Assembly: GCA_024704765.1 (NCBI GenBank)
Contig: JAKMXF010000005.1
Location: forward strand, 87,829-151,828
Origin: Oopsacas minuta
Lineage: Eukaryota > Animalia > Porifera
Length of the DNA: 64,000 bases
Reading direction: 5' to 3'
Made by a program: the position numbers and the translations under genes. Below, one piece after another: positions 52,243 through 64,000 of this stretch. The notes under the pieces are model-generated. The model searched no databases. It was not told where the DNA came from and worked only from the letters and a program-made list of their open reading frames with translations. The number at the start of each line of letters is the position of its first letter. Position 1 is the first letter of the stretch.

Positions 52243-52634
52243 CAGTGGAATTCGTTTATTAGCAATTCAGGTTTTGTACGAGAAAAGCTTGCTAATAAGC
52301 GAGCTTGCTAATCGAGCAACTCAATCAATTTGATAAATACTATTGTTGTATGTACAAGTAGATACGTGTGTGTGATGACATAATAAGTATAAGGATATTG
52401 TAGTGCACGTATTTGTGTGTCCTAAAGAGTTCGAAGCTAATAAAGGAACTAAAGATTTCTTTATTATGTTATTAGCAAGTCGTGTTTTTATGAGAAAACT
52501 TGCTTATATGCGAACTTGCTAATAAGCGAACTTGTTTATACATAAATCCCTATACCTTTGCTCCGTGCACTGAAATAACTTGCAAATAAGCGGATCTTGC
52601 TAATAGAGCACTTGCTAATAGACGAACTCTACTG
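52243..52634. mobile_element. pogo/Tigger-type MITE
   Basis: TA|CAGTGGAATTCGTTTATTAGCAA...TTGCTAATAGACGAACTCTACTG|TA; internal CTTGCTAATAAGCG repeats. Confidence 0.8.
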
Positions 52635-53534
52635 TATAGAATTGTTTTAGTTTTGGTATATATTGATATTATGGTCATATTTTATTAGTCGTGTGGTGCA
52701 TTTGTGTGGAATATATCTAATTTTCGGCCAGGACTCTCGAAACATTTGACTACATTTATTGGGGTCGCTTCTAGATATTGTAGCAGAATAAATGCGTAAA
52801 TATTATTTTAATATTGTTGAAGAACCGACATTGTGTCTTATCCGAATGAGTTTCCGACATACGTACATTTTCACCTGCCAAATCGGACAATTTACTAATC
52901 CAACACTATGTTCATTTCCAAAGAATTTGTGGGTATATATATTTCTACTCAAACTACCTTCTGGTAATTTCTTAGTCGGACCATTATATTTCGTACTTTT
53001 CTTTGAGCTAATTCAACAAAAATTTGAGCCATTTGTAAAACAGTTGATGATTATATGCGGTAATGAGTCCGACATTTCATTCTTAAGAAAGCGTGATCCC
53101 TTGTACATATTTGCTGATAGAAATTACTTTTGTAAAGTGAAAATTCTACCCTTTGAGCCATTATGAATCATTTTACTATTTGTCTTTTACTTTAATATTC
53201 ATTAAACAACACTCGATAATTACGATATACTTCTCTGCTGTTACATCAATGCATTCATTAACAATTTTCGGGACAGGATGTAATTTAGGAATTGGCCCCC
53301 TATGTTTCAAAAGTTACCAAATTTGCACCTATGTATATTTATCCATATTATATAGAATGATTTATACTTGGGTAGAAATTTATATACTCCTATTTTCTAG
53401 CATTATTTCAATCATGAGATCATTTGTAAGTTAAACTCTAGGAAGCATCCTTAAAGGGACTTTGAAATGCAAATATTGCTGTTAAATTCTCAAATTCTGT
53501 TAATCCCGGACCGAAGCGACTCTAAATTATATTT

Positions 53535-55388
53535 GGTACAATTACAATAATGTACCTCTTTTTATTGGTAAGAGATATCGAATCACTGTTAATAGATTTG
53601 AATAGAGTATGTTCAGAGAAGAATATTAATCGAAAGAAATCCAAAATCGGATGAAAACTGACAAAGTTGGAACATTTTTGGCTACTAAGCCAAATCCTAT
53701 GGAGAAAATTGTATTATCGAATAGACCCAAATAATACTAATAGAATTGCTTGCATTAGACTATGCAATATAATTGGGTGTGCATATTGCATATTGAGGTT
53801 AACGAGTAAGAGATTTTGAGCTCAGCTTAACTACGACTGTAACAATATAACAAAAGGAATGCGAAACCACAGAAGATATATTTCTGTGGCAAGCTAACCT
53901 TATCATATTACATTTTGCATTCGTCAACATAAATACATAAATATAGTATTTTCCCATTTATCACTTTAGAATTCATTCAAACACGAATCCATGGCTGCTG
54001 CTTCACTAACATTTACGCCGATGTTAATGCCAATTATTTTTCCAGATATTGGTGTTGTTCCGTTGAAAAGATTTTACCAAAGCATAGTTACTGACTAGGA
54101 TGCAGTCATCAGATGGTTGCAAGAAAATGGTCTTCTGGCAAGGGGAATGGTATGTAAATGCGGAAGATTAATGAAGATAGGGAAATTTTCCCATGCTGCT
54201 GAAGAGCTAGGTTGGAGGTGCATGGAGAAAGCATGTAGGAAGGTAGCGTCACTTAGGGTAGGTTCATTCTTTGAGTCCTCTAACCTAAAACTCATAGAGT
54301 TCATTGAGTTTATCTTTCTCTGGTCAAAGGATTATCAGACTACAGAAACTTTTGAAGAAAATTTAGGATGGTCAAGGTCCACGATTACAGATTGGAAAAA
54401 CTATATGCGTGACCTTTGTGTAACAAGGTATTTATCGTACCCCGAGCCTATAGGAGGACCAGGAGAGATTGTGGAAATTGATGAAAGCAAATTTGGTCAT
54501 CACAAATACAGTCGTGGTAGGTTACTATCTGGCCAATGGGTCTTTGGTGGAGTTTGTAGGGGAACTAGTGACATGTTTATGATACCAGTTGTAGATAGAT
54601 CGGCTTCTACACTTATTCCATTGGTTAACGAATTTATTCGCCCAGGAAGTATCATAATGTCTGACAAATGGGTTTCCTATAATCAAATACACCCCGGAAC
54701 ATTTCCTCATTATACAGTTAATCATAGCGAAAATTTTGTGGACCCAACAACGGGCGCGCATACGCAAACCATTGAATCGGCTTGGGGGCATTTTAAAAAA
54801 AGAAGCAGAAATTCGATGACAACTAATCCGGAACTCCTCGATACTTATCTTGCAGAACATTGCTGGAGGAAGAAAAATTGTTCAAACAGTTTCAAGAACA
54901 TCATTTCAGAAATTAGGTCACAGTATCCTGTTGTATAGTATCTCAATTTAGACATTATTATAATACATGTAATACCTTGCTTACTGTGTAGATTTGTCAG
55001 AAATTCTTATGTGTATATAATGTATGTAACTAGGAACAGAAATATATCTTCTGTGGTTTCGCATTCCTTTTGTTATATTGTTACAGTCGTAGTTAAGCTG
55101 AGCTCAAAATCTCTTACTCGTTAACCTCAATATGCAATATGCACACCCAATTATATTGCATAGTCTAATGCAAGCAATTCTATTAGTATTATTTGGGTCT
55201 ATTCGATAATACAATTTTCTCCATAGGATTTGGCTTAGTAGCCAAAAATGTTCCAACTTTGTCAGTTTTCATCCGATTTTGGATTTCTTTCGATTAATAT
55301 TCTTCTCTGAACATACTCTATTCAAATCTATTAACAGTGATTCGATATCTCTTACCAATAAAAAGAGGTACATTAGTGTAATTGTACC
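53535..55388 (+). mobile_element. Merlin element B with 353-bp near-perfect TIRs
   Basis: TIRs 53535-53887 and 55036-55388, GG...CC termini; no TSD match seen. Confidence 0.92.
53991..54938 (+). pseudogene. Merlin/ISXO2-like transposase, ~315 codons, single TAG at codon 36
   Basis: ATG 53991 is in frame with ORF 54117..54938; VEIDESKFG, IMSDKW, VNHSENFVDP, HTQTIESAW. Confidence 0.9.
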
Positions 55389-55440
55389 GAGAATTTTGCT
55401 AAATGTTTAATATTAAAATGGAATTTTTGGCCAGTATGTA

Positions 55441-56745
55441 CGAGGAACACTCGAAAAGTTTACCGTTTGATATGGAACCATTAATCTGTCGGATATTTTT
55501 CCGCATCCATCTTTTCAGACATATTTTATTATTCTACTTTGAAACTTTGATTCATTTATCACTTCTACTTTCATAAATTAGATAATTTTAGTGTACATGG
55601 CTTCTACAATATCTCACTCTAAATCAGATCTTACAAAACGTGATTTTCAAGCAATGATTTTGATCTTATTCAAACTACAGAAGACAAGAGTAGAAATCTA
55701 TTAATCTTTACAGGAACGTTTCCAGGAACTAGCTCCTTCTCTAAGTACAGTTGAACGATGATACAGAGAATTTATTCACGGAAACTTTGTTCTTGAAGAT
55801 GCCTCTCGTTCAGGAAGACCGAATATTTCACATAATGAAGAAAATGTTAACAAAATGCTAGATCTAATTACTAAATATCCTCTTAATACGTACGCTCAGT
55901 TAAAGTATGAAACCGAGTTATCATCGGGGACAATTAGTATGATTTGCACAAAGAGTTTTCTGTCAGGAAGTTGTGTGCTCGATGGATTCCCCATTCTTTG
56001 AACTTACAGCAAAAAATATCCCACATAGACTTTTGCAAAGTTATGCTCAAAAGGTTTGCTAATGGAAGTTCCAGAGCTGTTTCTGAGATCCTTACAGGTG
56101 ATGAGACATGGATATACCATTATGACCCAGAAACAAAGCCAATGTCAAATGAGTGGATTGAAGAAGATGCCCCACCTCCAACCAAAGTGCGGAGGGCTAG
56201 ATCTGTTGGGAAACAAATGTGGGCGATTTTTTTCAGATCTAGTGGGTTTGTCGAAGCTGTTGCCCTCGAGGATAGAAAGACAGTTACTGCCGACTGGTAC
56301 ACTACAGTGTGCCTACCAAAGTCATCACAGCAATTGAGTCACAGTGGGAGAAGATAGGCATTAGAGGAATTCTTCTTCATCATGATAATGCGCCATCGCA
56401 TACGGCAATCAGAACTCGTGAGTTTTTGGAAAATTAGTGACTCAAACATTACCTCACCCGTCCTACAGTCCTGATTTAGCCGCTTGCGACTTCTGGTTGT
56501 TCCCTAGACTCAAAGATCAATTACGTGGGAGGAGACCTTTGACTAATGAGGTGTTGAGAGGGGCACTTTTTCCAAGCGATCGGAGACATACCCAAAGAAG
56601 AGTGGAAAAAATGTTTTGATAATTGTGTACCAGAATGAAAAAATGTATGGATTGTCAGGGAGAGTATTTTGAAAAATGTAAGAGTCAATTTTACTCTTAT
56701 TATCTGATATGCCGGTTAATGTTAAAACTTTTCGAGTGCCCTTCG
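55441..56745 (+). mobile_element. mariner (DD34D) element, full length, degenerate
   Basis: TA|CGAGGAACACTCGAAAAGTTT...AAACTTTTCGAGTGCCCTTCG|TA; LCARWIPH, TGDETW, HHDNAPSH, SYSPDLAACDF. Confidence 0.92.
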
Positions 56746-56972
56746 TATTTATGTCACTACAATCGATATTGGATATACGTGTAGTGACGAGTACGGATTC
56801 ACTATTTTTGATCAAATTATCTCTACGTTATAACCAATTGTAACTATTAACATCATTCATGTATCTATTATCTACTGTAAGTTTTTTGAGTATTTTTATT
56901 TGAATAATTTTCGCTCGAATTTTCCGTAATTACGCTCTCAATATTCCAATGACTGAACACTTTAATTCAGTG

Positions 56973-58945
56973 CACAGTGGTTTAGAAGCAAAGAATACAT
57001 AAAAAATTGATTCGGTATTTGATGGTTTTATTTCATTTTATATTGTCTAAATGATTCTAATTTAGAATATCTAAGCGATTGAGAGCCTAGAAGCTGTATA
57101 ATTTCTTCATCAAAGATGCGAAATATTATAGTCAAAAATTGCGGCGTCATGATTTCTTAATTTATCCACAATTTCAAATCTACATGTAAGAGCAATTATA
57201 TAATCGAATGTTACTAATCTGGTATAGTTTATACATTTCGACTATGCTAAACCTAAATATCTTGTTTCAAAGCCTGTATCTTGTATATTTTTCGTGAACA
57301 TAAGTTCCTATACTCTAGTAAAATCCATACAGAATTTTTACAATGAGGAATACTTAAAGTGTCAGGAAAAATGCACAACACAAAACAACAGCGTAAAATT
57401 AATCTGATACACGTATTACGATTCCTAAAAACATAATCTAGAATCACAGGACCCGAAACAGTCCCAAGCTATAATTTTCAATTACATCCCATTGCAACTT
57501 TTCCTTGCTAGGAAATCCCATTGTAGCATACTGAAATAATGGAATGAAATAGTACTGAATTTCGTTCTTGAAAATTATCATAGTGACTTATATATATAAT
57601 CTACTGAATATTACAACATATTTTTCGGAATTTCTTGAAAACAATTACAGAAGAGTTAACTTTCCCAAAGTCCCGCCTCGAATTGGCAAGAATCCTGAAA
57701 GACAATAATAATTGTGTCTTGAAAACGACAAAATATTTCAAAGAACACTTTGAAATGAACTCTGATAATACGAAACTCTTGGAAACGTTGCTGTTAAGAA
57801 TTCGGGACAGATTCAAGAAGGCGAAGAGATCTTTAGATTGTTTAGAAGGAGAATGGTGGCATTCTAACATTTCCATGAAACCTGAATAAAGAAAAATCGT
57901 ATTTCATATTTACTAGAGTCTTCTGATAATGGTGAAGTTCCCATTCATTCAGTTAGACATAGGAAGAATATTGATGATCTTTCTCTCTCTCTACAGCAAC
58001 AGCGTACTCGATTGTCAAGCCTGCTAGAATGCATTAAGCCACTCTCAGTTATTGAGAATACTACAGAAATATGCATTGTAGCACTCTCATTACAACTATT
58101 AGCAAATGAGGAGAATAATCGTCAGGTTGCTACGGCACCCAAAGACATTATTGTCAGTGGAGGATTCGGTAACCTCAGTGACAAGCATGTTCCAGTTGAC
58201 AAAGCCTTATTCTTGCTGGATTAACTTGAAGTGGGCAGGCGAAAATACGCTTAACTATGTCAAACACTTCTACCAGACAATATACATTTCCCATCTTACA
58301 GAAGGTAGCTGATCTGAGAGATGTCACGATTTCACGATCCAATATAACTTTATATCTTAATCCAGCTAAACCAATAGGTATATAAGCACCATATTTTCTT
58401 CAAGTTCAGAAACCTTAGAAAGAATATTGTCAATAGTAGATCGCCCCACAAGTGAAGAATTCCCACTCACATTTAAAATCGCAGATGGCTTAGATGGTTC
58501 TGGTTGTCACACTATCTACAACCAGCCGACAACTAATACTTTCACCAACAGCTTAAATCTGTTTTGTTTCAAACCCATCTCCATTCACACTGTACAAACA
58601 GTATTGTTTGGCAGAATAAATCCCCTAATTCACCCTTCTCTCAAAGACCTATTTTACTGTGCTGCGACAGAATGTGAAGAAAATATTCGTTCCTTCATGG
58701 AAAGTATGATTTATCCCGATACAGCGATGTTGCAAAATGGGATTACTTTAGAAAATAGTGTTGTCAATGTCTATATTATCCGCTCAATGTTTGATGGGAA
58801 GATGGCAGCCATTCTCTCTGGAGCTAGAGGAGCCAGTTGTGAGATGTGCACTGCCGTAGATAAAGATTTGAAGGACCAGAATTTAGTTCTTGAAGGGTTC
58901 CCCATCAACAGAAAAATCACAAATGCAATCGATTCTGTGTGGTGA
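56973..58945 (+). mobile_element. Second Transib/RAG1-like element, 3'-truncated
   Basis: CACAGTG at 56973; fragments DKALFLLD*LEVGRRKY, ADGLDGSG, SMFDGKM..GASCEMC parallel the 19.4-kb element; cut off by satellite. Confidence 0.75.
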
Positions 58946-59376
58946 AATTTGAAATTGATTGGGAAATGTTGTATAGTTCATCTGTTCACTTCAAAATTCT
59001 TGCTTGGAAATTCAGTGAAGTGCTGTGTATAGAACAATTTTCCAGTGAATTTGTTCTGAAATTTGTAATTCTGTGACAACACTTTGTATAGTGTATTTTC
59101 ACAATTCTGTCCTGTGAAATTTGAAATTGACTATGAAATGTTTCTAGAGTTAGCTGTTCACCTCCGACGTGTTTGTTTGATATTGAGTGTAATGCAGTGT
59201 ATAGAACATTATTACAGTGAATATGTTAGGACATTTGGAATTCTGTGATAACACTTTGTATATTGTAATTTTCACAATTCTGTGAGGTGAAATTTGAAAT
59301 TGACTGTCAAATGTTTTTATTGTTTAGCTGTTCAGTTCAAATTTCTATACCTGGAAATTGAGTGAAATTCTTTGTA
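58942..59376 (+). repeat. Diverged ~172-bp satellite, ~2.5 units
   Basis: GTGAAATTTGAAATTGA at ~58942, 59114 and 59287; TGTATAG-like motif every 56-59 bp. Confidence 0.8.
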
Positions 59377-59378
59377 TA

Positions 59379-61400
59379 CCGAGTGTACAATCTGTTCGCG
59401 GAAAAATATGTTTCCACTACAGTGAATTAACAAGTTACTATAATAAATGTTCAAAATACTCGCAATTAGTATCAATACACCTTTGACAGCGATGTAACCA
59501 CATGTCAAATACCCTAGAATAGCTACTTAATGGTATACACTCAACTGCCTCTAAAAACGCAGCGATTAGCTCGGATTCTGATCCAAAACGTCCGTCTTTT
59601 AGTTTCTTTTTAGATTCAGGAACAGCCAAAAGTCACAAGGGGCAAGATCTGAGCAGTAAGGTGGATGTTCAATCATTTCTAAGCCTGATTGCCTAAGAAA
59701 CTCTTTAGTCCTTCTAGTTGTGTGTGCTGGAGCATTACCATGATGAAATTTTATCCCACAGATCCCAGACTTTGGTCTCAACGTCTCCACTGCTTGGGAC
59801 ACTTTGGGAAGGCAACATTCGGTCCAAGCTGCAGTAACTGTATGCTTCGCTGGAAGCATCACAAATTCAAGAATTCCTCTCGTGGTGAAGAAAATTGCGA
59901 AAATTCGCTTGCTGACCGCCATGAATCGTTTGGGAATTGTGTCCGGTACATCATCTTCAAAGATCCATTTAGAGCTCTGTTGCTTCGGTAGCATGTCAAA
60001 GAAGTAAACCCATGTTTCATCACCCGTTATTACTTCTGAATGCCTCCGAGAATCTGCTTTCGAGTATTTTAGTAACTTAGAACGACAAAATTGGATCCGA
60101 CGATTTTTCTGCTCCAAAGTTGACAAATGTGGGACTAACTTGGAACAAACCATTCTTAGACCAAGGTGTTTGTCTAGGATTGTTTCTATTGTTCCCGATG
60201 ATACTGATGCATCATGAACTACTAGTGCGTTCAATAAGTCTTGCGGGCGATATCATAGAATATGATACAAACACTCTATACACTAATTCACTATATCATT
60301 TATTCAAAGTAATCCCCTCCTGCAGATACACAAAGTTTTAACCTTTCCACCCACTTGTAAAACACATTTCTGTACGCGGCCACCAATGAAAGTAGCAACA
60401 AAGTGGAGGAACTGGTAAGAGAAGACAGACAAATGACTATCCGTCAGGTATCAGAGCATTCAGTAAGTCTTGCGGGTCGTACAGATCTCCAGCGAGTTAC
60501 AGGAGATATTGTACGTGGATTGCCTTTCCAGATCTACTGTAGAGCGATGGGCTGCCCGTTTTAGATCTGGTCATGCTGATGGCACAGATTTGCCCCGAGA
60601 AGGAAGACCGGTATCCGTCACCACTTCAGAGAATACCGCACTCATTGAAATTATGGTCATGGAAGATGAGTGCATCACTGTCAATCAGTTAGAAGAAAGT
60701 ATGGAGATTTCATCAGGAGCTATTCATACGATTCTGACGACTGAGCTTGGCTACCGATCGATTTGTGGGAAATGGGTCTCGCATTAAGCTCAGTGAGAAT
60801 CAAAGGTTGGCACGACCGAATATTGCCAAGAAACTCTTGGAAACTTATGATAACCGCGATTCTAGACGCCTAACAGAGATTATTACTGGTGACGAGACGT
60901 GGGTGTACTATTCAACACCATATAGCAAGTATAAGAAGCGATCATGGGTGAGGGGCGACGAACAGCCGGCGAAAATTCCTAGGTCGACTTCAGAAAACCT
61001 AAGATTATGTATACCATCTTCTTCAGTAGTCATGGAATTGTCATGCAATTACCTTGTGAGAGTGGCAAGGCTGTTACTACTACTTTGTTTACAGAGCAAG
61101 TGCTTCGAAATTTGATAAAAATATAGAAAAGTACCGCCCGAAAACCGGAACTCGAGGAATATAGATATTAATTGATAACGCCAGTTCTGTAATCGGCGAT
61201 CCGGTTCGAACATGATCATCCAACACATGTAACCCAAACGAAATCGGCTGCACCACTTGTAAATGCTTGTTTTGGTTGGACACTGTTCTTCATAAACAGA
61301 AAACATCTCAGTGATGCACTCCATAGCGTTTATTCCAAGTTTATAGTTGTAAACATTATGGCTCGAAAATCCCTATTATTCAAATTCTCCATTGTGAGAA
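59379..61400. mobile_element. Cluster of nested or truncated mariner (DD34D) relics
   Basis: Minus-strand C-terminal half 59438-60221 (TGDETW, HGNAPAH, YCSDLAPCDF) and N-terminus 61190-61380. Plus-strand pieces 60222-61190 have two similar TIR-like starts after TA (60222, 60451). Confidence 0.85.
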
Positions 61401-61589
61401 AACAAAATTTGAAAACGAGGTGACTGAATTGAGTATAAAATATAAAGTAAACAACTTAAAATGCTGAAACTTAGCGACTATTCATTCGCCAGCTATACTA
61501 CTTATGGAAAAATAACATTAAGGCTATTAAATGAACTTGATAGATGTTCAGAGAAATTACTGAACAACGTTAGAACAATATACATGTGT

Positions 61590-63636
61590 TTGTGTTCTGA
61601 CATTTGAAATTCTGGAAATACTTTGTATAGTGGACTTTCACAATTCTGTTATGGCAAATTTGACAATGACTTTGCCTTGTTTGTATAGTTATAATGTTCA
61701 TTTTGTGTTTGTTATATGGTATACTGAAGTAATAAACTTTGTATAGTACTCCTTCACAATTCTGTATAAAGAAAATTGATATTGGCTTTGCCTTGTTTCT
61801 ATTCTTAAAATAGTCAGTGTATGTTTGTTTGAACTTATATTGAAGTAATATAATTGTATGTTACTCTTTCACAATTCTGTCTATAGAAAATTGATTTTAA
61901 CTTTGCCTAATTTGTATAATTAAAATGTTCTGTGTGTGTGTGTGTTTCAACGCATACTGGAGTACTATACTTTGTATTGTACTCTTTCACAATTCTATCT
62001 ACAGAAAATTGATTTTGATTTTGCCTAGTTACTACAGCTAAAATGATCTTTGTGAGCTTATTTCATAGTTTACTGAAGTAATATACTGTGTATATTATTC
62101 TTTCACAATTTTGTCTGTAGAAAATTGATATTGACTTTGCATTGTTTGTATATTTAAAATGTTCAGTGTGTGTTTGTTTTAACGCATACTGCTCTAATAT
62201 ACTTTGTATAGTGGTCTTTCACAATTCCGTCTGTAGAAAATTGACATTGACTTTGCCTGGTTTGTATAGCTAAAATGTTCAGTGTGTGTTTGTTCCAACT
62301 GAGAATGAAGTAATATACTTTGTATTGTACTCTTTCACATTTCTGTCTCTAGATAATTGATATTGACTTGGCCTTGTTTGTATAGTTAAAATGTTCAGTG
62401 TGTGTTTGCTTCAACGCATACTGAAGTAATATACTTTGTATAGCACTCTTTCACAATTCTGTCTATAGAATATTAGTATTTACTTTGCTTTGTTTGTATA
62501 CTTAAAATGTTGATTGTGTGTTTGTTCTACCTTAGAATGAAGTAATATACTTTGTATTGTACTCTTTCACAATTCTGTCATTAGATAATTGATATCAACT
62601 TTGCCTTGTTTGTATAGTTATAATGTTCAGTGTGTGTGTGTGTTTCAACGCATACTGAAGTAATTTACTTTGTATTGTACTCTTTCACAATTCTGTCTAC
62701 AGAAAATTGATATTGACTTTGCCTTGTTTGTATCTATATAATGTTCAGTGTGTGTTTATTTCAACGCATACGGAAGTAATGTACTTTGTAGTGTGCTCTT
62801 TCACAATTCTGTCTTTAGATAATCGATAGTAACTTTGCCATGTTTGTATAGTTAAATGTTCAGTGTGTGTTTGTTTCAACACATACTGAAGTAATATACT
62901 TTGTATAGCACTCTTTCACAATTCTGTCTATAGAATATTAGCATTTACTTTGCTTTGTTTGTTTAGCTAAAATGTTCAGTGATTGTTTGTTTCAACGCAT
63001 ACGGAAGTAATGTACTTTGTATTGTACTCTTTCACAATTCTGTCTACAGAAAATGGATTTTGATTTTGCCTTGTTTGTATAGTTAAAATGTTCAGTGTGT
63101 GTTTGATTCAACGCATACGGAAGTAATGTACTTTGTATTGTACTCTTTTACAATTTTGTCTACAGAAAATTGATATTGACTTGCCTTGTTTGTATAGTTA
63201 AAATGTTCAGTGTGTGTTTGTTTCAACGCACACGGAAGTAATGTACTTTGTATTGTACTCTTTCACAATTCTGTCTACAGAAGAAGGATATTGATTTTGC
63301 CTTGTTTGTATAGTTAAAATGTTCTGTGTGTGTTTGTTTCAACGCATACTGAAGTAATATACTTTGTATTGTACTCTTTCACAATTCTGTCTACAGAAAA
63401 TTGATTTTACTTTGCCTAGATTCTACAGCTAAAATGATCTTTGTGAGCTTGTTTCATACTCTACTGAAGTAATATACTGTGAATATTATACTTTCACAAT
63501 TTTGTATGTGGAAAATAGTTATCAACTTTGCATTGTATGTATTGTTAAAATATTGAGTGTGTGTTTGTTCCACCTTAGAATGAAGTAAAATACTTTGTAA
63601 AGTACTCTTTCACAATCCTGACTTTAGATAATTGGT
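61590..63636 (+). repeat. 116-bp satellite array, ~17-18 copies
   Basis: Unit CTCTTTCACAATTCTGTCTACAGAAAATTGATATTGACTTTGCC...TACTTTGTATTGTA recurring every ~116-118 bp. Confidence 0.96.
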
Positions 63637-64000
63637 GTTTCAATATTCTACACATAGAATTTGGCAAGTACACTAAACAAAGTATTGTGACTCAGTATCA
63701 AATATCAGAACATAATACACAATATCTAGTGCAAATCATAGCATTTCACTCAGTTTGATTATTAACAAATTACATCTTGTCAGCTGAACCATGTGAATTA
63801 TTTACAATCAGTTTCAATATTCTACACATAGAATTTGGCAAGTACACTAAACAAAGTATTGTGACTCAGTATCAAATATCAGAACATAATACACAATATC
63901 TAGTGCAAATCATAGCATTTCACTCAGTTTGATTATTAACAAATTACATCTTGTCAGCTGAACCATGTGAATTATTTACAATCAGTTTCAATATTCTACA
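63637..64000 (-). repeat. Perfect 174-bp tandem repeat running off the window end, inverted relative to the upstream satellite
   Basis: GTTTCAATATTCTACA at 63637, 63811 and 63985; its reverse complement aligns to the 172-bp unit. Confidence 0.93.

Noticed and set aside
47830-53500. Short 60-125-aa ORFs as genes
   Set aside because: No recognisable domains and the composition is typical of chance ORFs in AT-rich DNA. Small spliced exons cannot be excluded without RNA data.
1-64000. tRNA, rRNA or other structured RNA genes
   Set aside because: None recognised by eye; a covariance-model scan would be needed to exclude them.

Overview
AT-rich eukaryotic (metazoan-like) DNA with spliceosomal GT-AG introns, made almost entirely of nested, mostly decayed DNA transposons and ending in satellite DNA. 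No prokaryotic genes, RNA genes or CRISPR arrays were seen. (1) A ~14.5-kb palindrome: apparently identical 5.9-kb arms at 3687-9573 and 12267-18153 flank a 2.7-kb spacer holding a Merlin/ISXO2-type transposase pseudogene. The arms consist of a 7-exon Ginger DNA transposon (Gypsy-like D,D(35)E integrase with a C-terminal USP/C19-like deubiquitinase domain) inserted in a long Merlin TIR. (2) A Transib/RAG1-like element with CACAGTG termini sits inside a CMC-like transposase gene. (3) The only apparent host gene is an intronless 329-aa EVH1/PH-LTM-UBL (SHARPIN/HOIL-1-like) ORF. (4) There are two Chapaev3-type elements and a nest of hAT > TTAA/Kolobok-like > Chapaev3 derivative plus a putative solo LTR. 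(5) Also present: a Phantom/MULE element with a RING-tailed transposase, several Tc1/mariner elements (DD41D, maT-like, DD34D), a second Merlin and a second Transib relic. (6) The satellite family appears built on a ~58-bp monomer (116-bp and 172/174-bp units) and switches strand near 63.6 kb. All calls come from reading motifs, TIRs and TSDs by eye; no database search was run.
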